From positions 606,139-670,138 of the forward strand of contig JAQGDQ010000091.1 in NCBI GenBank assembly GCA_030141605.1: a DNA stretch of 64,000 nucleotides, read 5' to 3'. Numbering within the stretch: the stretch's first letter is position 1; each line of letters starts with the position of its first letter. The DNA comes from Tubiluchus corallicola (Eukaryota > Animalia > Priapulida). The notes under the pieces were generated by a model, which saw only the letters and a list, made by a program, of their open reading frames with translations, searched no databases and was not told where the DNA came from. Both the position numbers and the translations under genes were made by a program. This document shows, piece after piece, positions 54,720 through 64,000 of the stretch.

Positions 54720-54903
54720 TGTGCCCAGCAAAACGAATGGCGTTGGCCAGTCAGCGGTAAACTAATTAGTCACATATTCATCAGTGTGTTTGACAGCAAA
54801 ATCAACACACAGTTTACTTATTTATTAATTAATTCACGCCAGCGGAAGTTGAAGGAAGTGTCCTAGTAGTAGACTGAAAAAACTATTTAAAGAAAGAACA
54901 AAA
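54720..54903 (+). promoter_or_regulatory. Probable promoter/5'UTR of the PDE1C-like first exon
   Basis: Immediately upstream of the exon. Inr-like TCAGT at ~54781 and ETS-like CGGAAG/GGAAG motifs at ~54843-54860. TSS position is inferred. Confidence 0.35.
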
Positions 54904-54997
54904 ATGGCTACTTCCGGTGACAAGACGATGAGGCAGTCGCAGTTTAAGAAGTGCAAGAGTGCAACGTTCAACATTGATGGATATTCTTACACCATAG
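54904..54997 (+). CDS. PDE1: First coding exon of a Ca2+/calmodulin-dependent 3',5'-cyclic nucleotide phosphodiesterase 1 (PDE1C-like long N-terminal isoform); rest of gene lies downstream
   Basis: ATG in aaaATGG context. Translates MATSGDKTMRQSQFKKCKSATFNIDGYSYTI plus 1 nt, then a consensus donor AG|gtaagt at 54998 (phase 1). FKKCKSATFNIDGYSYTI matches the vertebrate PDE1C N-terminal peptide FKKCRSATFSIDGYSFTI (recalled, not searched). Below the ORF-track length cutoff. Confidence 0.85.
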
Positions 54998-56269
54998 GTA
55001 AGTGTGGTAGTCTTTGTTACACTCAGAGATTTCCACTATTGTATTAGTTTTTCAATATAAGGTCATATCTTAGGCCTCTTGACACATTTAACACTTTAAA
55101 AGCCCAGCCCCACCAATACTCTTTAGCAAAAGTTTAAGGAGCTTGTATAAATTGTAAGCGAGGACAAACTCGAGCCACATATCGTTTAACACGCATTTGT
55201 TTATTTATTTTGTTAAAATCCAGTTAACGAAAAAACAGTACGTATCACTCGTTGTACACATGATTAAGCGCTCCTTTGAATTATCATTAAGTTCTGTTTA
55301 GTTAACTATTGGTAAAAACTGATGGATCTTTTGGAAATTAGTGATAGATAGATTTGAATCACTGAGTTGCACCTTAGTGGCAGACAGATAGCTATTAATT
55401 AGAGTGAGTGTTATGCAGCTACAGTTACTGTGTTAGGCCTAAACGAGTGTGCAGTCTGCAGTTTGTACTAATGATGCGCACGTTAAATGAGAATTTAGAT
55501 ATATGCATGAGTCAAGAGTCAAAACCTTCAGCGTTTCAAAATGGTAGTTGGACACTGGACAGATCTGACTTTGCGTGACTTGAATGTTTTTTTAATTGAA
55601 GAAGACAACGTGTTTCCAGCACACGGTACTTTGTTTCAGTTATTTCAATATATAAATAACTGACTGTGAGTTTTATTGATTGGCAAAAATCGATGTTGCA
55701 TTATAGTCAATAGATTAGACGTAAAGGACAAACAAGGTCACCATTGTATAAGCTACGCAGTACTCGGCATAAAATTGCTTTTTGCATTCAGTGAGATTTT
55801 ACTAAGTAAACTATTTTCTTTCTTTCAAATCTAAAGCCTGCCTTCAAGTGACTTCTGCAGGTGACGGTTCTCTGTTTTAGTTAGGTGCTTTTATGGCAAG
55901 CTTATAAACCTAAACAACGTAACTGGCTTAATTTGCATCATTCAGAAAATCGTGTTCGTTTTGCATAATCCTTCAGTTTCCGTTCTGCTATTTCAATGCA
56001 ACCGGGATTTATTGTTTGAGTTTTTGCCGTTTTTAGTGCCACGTTACGAACTAAAAATTGCTGTCTGGAAGCTGTGATAAAGAAGAATCTCGTCTTCACT
56101 CATTTCACAAAACGCAACCATTTCATTCGAGGCAGCAATAAATCAAAAGCAAAATTAACGATAGGAATTATGGCACTATCGACGTACAACTGGAAGCTTA
56201 AGTGTTTTGTGTAGATATAATGAAATTAGAATCCGTTTTATCGCGTGCTTGCGAAGATGATCTGTGTTG

Positions 56270-56405
56270 AGATAATGAAAACAATGATTTGTAATATAAG
56301 ATGGAGATATTGGTATCGGAATAAAGAAAACAATGATTTGTAATTTAAGATGGAGACTGGTGTTAAAATAAAGAAAACCATGATTCACTGTTTAAGATGG
56401 AGACG
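56270..56405. repeat. Degenerate tandem repeat, ~3 copies of a ~49 bp unit
   Basis: gaaaacaatgattt...taagatggaga recurs three times. Confidence 0.8.
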
Positions 56406-57681
56406 AAGGAAACAGTTTATAATTCTTACACAAAAGCTAAAATGTTAAAGCGCATTGATACAAGTGAATAAAAATAGATCGGTTGCAAAGTTGGCGGTGG
56501 GTGTGTGAGAAAAGAGCTTGGTAGGCAGGTCGACAGGTTCACAGTTTGGATGACCAGTGTCACATTTGGATGGCCTACGTACAAGAATATTTGTATTGAC
56601 ACATTTGACTGATCTTTGTCAGATATGATATTACGAATGTTCACATTTGACTGGGAAAAGCTATAATACAAATATCAATTTGACATTTTTACGTTTTATC
56701 ATTTATCATTACGTTTTATCAATAGCATCGTTGCTATTTTAAGCAGTTAAATGATTTATCATATTATTTAGTTACTTAGTTCATGGAGTCTGTCTCGTGA
56801 AAGGCCAAACATCAATTTGACAACTTGACATAAAGACTCTTCACTGTGAGCTAGTATGTAGCATCGAGAGGGTATGCTATGTAACTTGCATGCTATCTTG
56901 CAACAGAGAGACAAACAGCGTTTTTATTTAGAATCAGACTGCTGTAAAAATGAACAAAATTCAGTTCGTTCTCAGAGTAAAAAGGGAAAATTGTCTTTAT
57001 GAAATCAGCTAGCGCCGTCTTTTTATCCTTATTAATAAGCAACAATAGCTGAAAGCTTTTGATACTACATTCATGATATTCTACGTGCCGACGAAGTTTC
57101 GAGAAACTGTATACTTTCAATGCGTCCACTTGCGAATTCATAAACAAGGGAATGGTCGATCAGATTTCGTTCAGATTCTACGCATATTCGACACTTGAAC
57201 AATGGCGTCGGAAAATTCGATCATCGAAAGATAATCACAACGAACAAAAACTCGAATGTCAATATCTTATAACTAAAGAGCGACAAGATTGCTCAAGCAT
57301 CCGTGACATATAAAATTGAAAAAGCCGCTTTTACTAAAAAAATGTTTTTAATACAGACCTCGCAATGGCGACGATCCCATTGACACATGACAATGGTTAT
57401 GGTTGTTGGTGGTCAAGTTTAAATTTTACTAAAACAAACTTCTAATTTTACGTTATGTTATCAAAATTTCACATAATAAACATTGAAACGCAACACGTAA
57501 ATAGATTTTATAGAATAGAAAATGTCCTGCTAAACGGCAGAAATATCAAAAACGGGTAATCTTGCCAACTCAAGTAAAATATCAGTTATATCGCACTTCA
57601 CCTAGTAAACAATGCATGTTAATGGCATATGTCTACCGGCAAAAGAGCAAAGATCTCTTGCGCCGAATAACATTATTTGAT

Positions 57682-58767
57682 GGTTTATGTCCCTTTCCCA
57701 GAAATTTTTTTCACGGAAATACCATTTCCCAGAAAAAAATTAGCAGAAAAGTTTTTCCCAGAACCTCCCAGATTTTTCAAGATAATCCTCTAATATGAAC
57801 TACTGAATTGGCAGAGATGTTACAGTCACATTCGGGAACAGGTACAAGAAACGAACGAAATAATTTGGAATCACAGTAAACGTAACTGCCTAAGAGTGAT
57901 TTTCCTAAACGGTCTCCAACAAATCAATCGCCAAGCTTTGCATTACTTAAAGCAAAACCGGACCAGTCTTAAACTGTAGATCAAAACAATCTACTATTTA
58001 AAATATTGAAAAAGAAACAGGCTATTTTTTCAAAAATAACTTACGTTAAAGAATCATTATCACACAAACGCAATTTCGTGTTTGCGTCGCTAGTTCTTCG
58101 CTGTTACTTGCATTTCGGCATTCGCTAGTTAGACGGGCACTATCGCCTGCATTTCGGAAACGCATTGCACGAAACAAAGGCTGTACCTCTCAGTCCAGAG
58201 ATGTTCGTTTCTGACGTACTGCACACGTTCGACAGCTCATGCGTGAGCACAACGGTAAATTTGAAATTTGAAATTTTATCTTAAAACTTGGCGAGTTTAT
58301 TACAACACACTGAATCTGTTACAGTATTACTGTACATAAATTTTTGTTTGTGATGTCGTCAATAGTTGGGCTCACCCGATGTTAATTAAGATTTTAATCT
58401 ATTATTTAATTATCAGAAACGCTTTTGCAGTATTATTGGTGTTAACATGTATACTTTTAATCGTACTTGAAAATGAAATTGTATATGAAAAATTATCCTG
58501 CCTTCCTTTAACTTTGTTAGGCAAGTACGCGCAACGAGCCCATGAGTAATCATTATTGCAGATCAGCGTGATTCGCTACATCATCGTTCTAACGTTACAA
58601 ATCTATTTTCTTGATTTAAGAAGTTCACCAATTTTTTTTTCATATGACCAAATCATATGATCCCTACTAATCAATACTGTCGTTAAAACAAATTAGTTTT
58701 CTCTGTGAAATTTTTTCGTCGGGCAAAAAATTTTCTGGCAAAAATTTTTTCTGGGAAATGGTCTACC
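57682..58767. mobile_element. Mutator-like (MULE) foldback non-autonomous element
   Basis: Imperfect TIRs built of tttcccagaa subrepeats (left) and ttctgggaaa/ttctgg (right); flanking near-duplication cattatttgat / cattattggat (~10-11 bp TSD). Confidence 0.7.
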
Positions 58768-59009
58768 CATTATTGGATTATTAAAGAGCAAAATGGAAAA
58801 AAGTACCACCGAACACCAACGGATGATTTAAAACTAAACGAAAAAATACTTTTTGTTACATGTTGGAATAGCGAAAACGCGGGGCGTTCCATGTTAGGAG
58901 TTCTCCTCCCCTTTCATTTTTTTTCAAAAAGCTATTAAGCTATATAATTTACTGTCTAATAACGTTTGTAATTTTTACAAAATATTAATTCTTGCTTTAT
59001 ATTGCATTA

Positions 59010-59245
59010 AACAACTAGAACGGCTCTCGGTCAAGCGCAGACGTCCGCCATAGACCACAGCCGAATATACACTAAACATGTCCGTCAGACTTTTTCGATA
59101 GAAAAGTCAAAGGAAAACAGATTTATATCTACACCAACATTTAGTAGCTTCTTCCTTGTACCATGCCCACCTTACTCGCAAAGTTTCGTGGAAGCCGATA
59201 AATAATTTTTGCGAAATTATGCTGACTAACAAACAAACAAAGGAA
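59010..59245 (+). mobile_element. Helentron-associated (HINE/DINE-1-like) non-autonomous element fragment
   Basis: aactagaacggctctcggtcaagcgcagacgtccgcca...caaagtttcgtggaa...tttttgcgaaattatgctgactaacaaacaaac resembles the widespread aactagaagggcactc...cctccgcc...(caaa)n element architecture (from memory). Confidence 0.6.
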
Positions 59246-59844
59246 GCAATTAATGCCTGTGTACAGCAGTTTCTGCAACGTAGGAAAATTTATTTTACCT
59301 GCAGACATCACTTGAGACATTAAGATTTTTCACGCAGTCGTAACTTTACCTATAGTAGACTGCAGTCTTTAGAATTCGCGAAGACTGTAAAACCGTCGTC
59401 TGGATCATTGATTGACTGTAATTTACGATTTAAGCCCGTCCTTGTTATGCTACACCTAAGCAATATATACTGCACAGTGCGTGTCTGTTTAATCAGAAAC
59501 CCAGCGTTCCATCAGGTATGTTTTCACTGTAAACATGAGACAACGAAAACATATAGGTGACCCATTACTGTATGTATTACGTACCCTTGCTAACATGTCT
59601 TCTGTTTTGTTTTCATGTTCATTCTCCACATGTTTTCAAACTCCACAAAAATTTTGCTCTGTTTTGTGCTTACTATACGCCATGTGTAGTTTCAGTACCA
59701 AGGAATTATTAATTTTTTTCGTCACCACACGCGAAAAGAAAGAGTTAAATTATACAAAACGTAGGTTTTGAAAGAGCAACACTTCATGCTCATTACTATT
59801 GATTTGTTTATAAGGCGTGTTATATACTAATGAAGCTGATAAGC

Positions 59845-60028
59845 GAGTCCAGATAAAAAAGTCACAGGTAAAAAGTCGCAAGTAAAAAAAACCAGAAAAA
59901 AGGCACAGGGAAAAAGAAGTAACTCTAACCATAAACAAAATTAATTGTGACTTTTTTCTTGTGATTTTTTTCACAGCCAAAATTGTGGCCGTTGTCCATG
60001 ACATTTTCTTGTGATTTTATCGGTCACC
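59845..60028. mobile_element. Small Mutator-like foldback MITE
   Basis: Left aaaaagtcacagg-type repeats face right tgtgactttt/ttgtgatttt repeats; possible 9 bp TSD ctgataagc / ttaataagc. Confidence 0.65.
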
Positions 60029-60905
60029 TTAATAAGCATGTCAGTTAAAACCTAGTACAAAATGTGTGCAGCGGAGGGGGTTGGGCACTATGCTTCAAGA
60101 GTTTCCCTGTTGTTCTCTTACTGCAGTAACACATTTGTAGCTGACTTGCTTAATCAATACTGACCAACTCTAAATTAAGCGTGCACACAGAATGTTAATC
60201 GCTGATGGGCTTGCCTCGATCTGCGCATATTGGACTTTCATCGCAACGAGCTGTCGAATGAGCTTCTTCAGTAAACGCTCATAGTATTCATTAGTTTTAC
60301 GTAAGTCAAAGTAACTGCTTGTCTATCTTTGTGTGAAACCAAGCATTCATTGCATAACCTTGAACACCCACTTAACGATTGTCATAACAAAACAGTATTT
60401 GTTGCGCCAAATGCCTTTAGTAACTGACGTTTCAACTATATTGCTGAGACATCCATAGCTCCGCCTAGAAATTGCAAGCTCTAATTAATTGTTAGCCTGC
60501 AGGTATACACGGTAATTACATACATTTATCATTATCAGTATATATAATTTTAATTAGTTACCGAGCATATAGTGCATTTAAAAAATGAATTTTAATAAGT
60601 TTCGTCTATTTTGAGAATTTTTTCCGTATTCCTATTAATGTCATTAAAGGCCTTACCAAGCGTAGTTTATAAAAAAAACTAAACGATAAGAACAAACGTT
60701 GAATTTATGTAAATAGACAAAGTACATTGTTTTACTTCATTTGGTAATTGTCGATATGTTACCTGCAAGTCAGACTAGAGTAAGGTATAGTCCTTGCCCC
60801 ATTAGCGCCAGAAATACTTCGCCAATATTTCTACGCTTTAACTTTTTTGCTTTGCGTAAGGATTAGACCTTGCGTAAATACAGTTTTGCATGCTGTGGCT
60901 GGTTT

Positions 60906-61087
<182 letters not shown>

Positions 61088-61386
61088 TTGTTTGCCATCT
61101 GTCTATCTATCTATGTAATTGTGTGCGAATAGGACACCTTACTAACATAACACCTTACTGACTGAGTGACCAACTGGCGAGGATCGACCTGCCCTGTTGC
61201 CTATCTACCTACTAACAACTAACCTACCTACCTACCTATTTACCCATCAATGTATTTATTTATTTATCTATATCTTTGTCTTGTTTGTCTCTTGTTAGTT
61301 TCATTTGTCTTGAGATATTTTCTTGCCCAAGTAAGAGAATGATGCGTCTAGTACTAAGTAACCTATTACCTAGTGTTTATGTGTTT

Positions 61387-61470
61387 ACACGCACACACGC
61401 ACGTACACACAACACACACACACTCACGCACACACACACACACACACATACACACACACACACACACATA
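61387..61470. repeat. Imperfect (CA)n microsatellite
   Basis: Direct inspection. Confidence 0.9.
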
Positions 61471-62228
61471 CTCAAATGAATCAACACAATATTTTTAGTA
61501 AAATAATACAACGTATATCAGCTAGGTATTACAATGCAGTAACTACTTTACAGTACAACAATGTTCATTACAGTAAAACAGAAAACATTTACCATTTGTA
61601 TGTATACACACATTTGCTTACAGAATTATTATATGAAACATTTGCAAATGATGCAGCACAAGTCTGCGCTAATAAACATCAGGTTTACATCAATGCTCTC
61701 AATCCCCATGCGTAAATAAAGCCTTGGTGATTTATTTTATCGTACACAATTTACGCATCAGTAATTCAATTTTCCATGCTGACGAAACTTTATTACAATA
61801 ATATGACTAGTGCCAGTGATATAACTCAATATCTCAGGGATCCTTTTGTACCGTGCGGAGCCATTTTGATTACATTCAGTTTCTATATTCATCATTGAAT
61901 ATTACGATAAGGAAATCTTACGACGGTCTTTGTGTCAGTTAATAAAATTCATTTTAGGTCTGTAAGTGAATATATCAGCGCATGTATCTTTCCTTCATTA
62001 TAGGTAGCTTGCGTAGATAATTAAGTGAGGTAAGCTAGAACCGAAGGCTTAAAGACCTCTTTTCTTTATTTTTCGCTATAATTACACTTGTAGTGAAGAC
62101 AAATTAAATTTTCCCTATGAAGTTCACTTCTGCTTAAATGTTCGTGATTTAAAATATATTTTGTTTCATAGATATATATCATTTGGGACGCTGAAAAGTA
62201 ACAGGAAATTTTTACATTTGCCTTCATA

Positions 62229-63281
62229 GAATGTAGATAAAAATGGCACAGGAAAAAATGGCACGGTACAAATAGCCCAGGAAACAGAAAAATGTCACAA
62301 ATGGAAAAGTAGATAAACAGGCCACGGGAAAAATTGCACACTTAATAAAATATGTGTTTGCGGTTACGGTTACAGTGGGGAATAACTATTTTAGTTATTT
62401 TTACCTCTGCCAAGGAAGTTATACTTCAGCACAGTTGGTTTGTTTGTTTGGTTGGTTGTTTAGTGTCGGTTATGGCAGTAAGCCTATTATGCAAAAAACT
62501 ATCTCATAGATTTCCAAGAAACTTGTGAAGAAAGGCCAGTATATGGTGCCAAAATGGGAATCTTTTCGCCAATTCTTTTTTCGCAAAACTTGAAAGAATA
62601 CTACGTTCAGAAAACATTCGTGAAGCACTTCGTGGAGGACTTTGAGGGAATGTTTAGTACTTCTTTTTTACGATCTCCACCTGGACAAACAACTACGAGT
62701 TAGTTTCAGTTCCATTTCGAGAAATTCAGGCTTGTAAAACTGACCTTTGCCTGTTAATATGATTGTGTATTGCCTTATAAGGTGACTTGGTACGTATGTA
62801 TTTGTCAGTCAATTACGACCATTGCTAAAATTAACGGTTAAATAGGTAGATAAACACTATATGGAATATTCGTGCATTATTGATTATAAATTTATTAATG
62901 AACAAATATTTGTGAGTACCATTGCTATTGGTACATTTTTGTATGTTTGCTTGTTTATCTTTGTGTTAAGTTTTTGTTAATAAACAAAACAGACGAATAA
63001 GTTTGGGATTGTTCGGCTTTGGTAGAGATCTGCTTCCTACTAAGCACAGTCTAGTTTATTACAGAAATCAGTTGCATCAAAATAACATTTATGCCATTTC
63101 CTTCCTACTTTTCGATTTGTGCCATTTTTCGTGTGCCACTTTTACCATGCAATTTTTTCTGTGCCATTTTTTGCTGTGCTATTTTTTTCCTGTGCCGTTT
63201 TTACCATGCTATTTTTCCTGTACTATTTTTACCTACTTTTCTATTTGTGCCATTTTTCCTGTGTCATTTCTGCCGCACACC
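62229..63281. mobile_element. Mutator-like foldback non-autonomous element with ~15 bp subterminal repeats
   Basis: Left arm aaaaatggcacagg repeats, right arm tgtgccattttt repeats; 9 bp TSD gccttcata (62220-62228) / gcctacata (63282-63290). Confidence 0.82.
62398..62555 (-). mobile_element. HINE/DINE-1-like fragment nested in the MULE element, related to 59010-59245
   Basis: ttacctctgccaaggaagttat...ggtttgtttgtttgg...attatgcaaaaaacta...gatttccaagaaactt is the reverse-orientation architecture of the fragment at 59010-59245. Confidence 0.6.
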
Positions 63282-64000
63282 GCCTACATATCAATCCATT
63301 TTTGACAGAATGCCAAAAATAATAAAATATTCTGTGGAAAGCAGAAAATTTTATTTTCCAATTAATAATTTAAGCTATTGCTGTTCCACATTAGTACATG
63401 CTTTTGTACGTCGATTTCAATTTGATAAGATTTTTTGGGATATTTTTGTGTTTTTCATACCTCATTCACGCGTCTCTGTTTTTTATTGTGAAACGTTGGT
63501 AATTAAATTTTGAATTACAATGAGCTACGTTAATTATTATGCTGTAGTAGAAGCAAATTAAATGTCAGCAAATGGCATTTTTGGAAAATACCAACGCGGG
63601 AATAAATCGAGACAGCTATTAATCTGTATGAAATGCATACCAAAGAAATACTCAGTTTGCTCTTGTAAACTCACAAACACGTATCAAGCCTTTTCAATGC
63701 ATGCGCATTTAGTTATTTTATGTACTTGTGAATGTATGCGTTAGTTACCCGAGTTTTCAATCAAGTGTGTATTTTTAACTAGTTGCTATTTGTAGCTTGT
63801 ATAACTTCAATTTTACAAACTTCTGATACATAAAATTCGGTAATCTTATACTTTAAACTACATGGTAGCTACCTACCTAAGACTGACATCACGATAGCTT
63901 TAGTTGTGAAACGTGTGGTTTGGACCTGTGCAAGGTTTGTGTTTAAGTAAAACTGCAAATGGGTCGATTTTGACTATTATTTAGCAAACAAATAATATAT

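Noticed and set aside
60190-60306. GC-richer stretch before a gtaagt at 60301 as the next PDE1 exon
   Set aside because: All three frames contain stops before the donor and there is no PDE1 similarity.

Overview
AT-rich animal genomic DNA, probably from an invertebrate. It is not prokaryotic: there are no operons or long ORFs, and it has GT-AG splice signals, long microsatellites and decayed LINE and DNA transposons. The window looks like the large 5' intronic region of a Ca2+/calmodulin-dependent phosphodiesterase (PDE1) gene on the + strand. A short ATG-initiated coding exon at 54904-54997 (MATSGDKTMRQSQFKKCKSATFNIDGYSYTI) closely matches, as I recall it, the N-terminus of the long vertebrate PDE1C isoform. 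A second ATG-initiated exon of identical length and splice phase lies at 16422-16515. The rest is repeat-rich: degraded non-LTR retrotransposons (L2, CR1/L2-like, RTE-X/Proto2-like), a nested and rearranged pair of Tc1/IS630-like transposons, three Mutator-like foldback MITEs with TSDs, a hAT MITE, Helentron/HINE-like fragments, a tRNA-like SINE head, tandem repeats and microsatellites, including a large palindromic (CTA)n/(TAG)n tract. Almost all ORFs in the supplied track are spurious or transposon debris. I found no clearly novel multi-gene system. The best leads are the alternative-first-exon architecture, the foldback-rebuilt transposon and possible antisense micro-exons.
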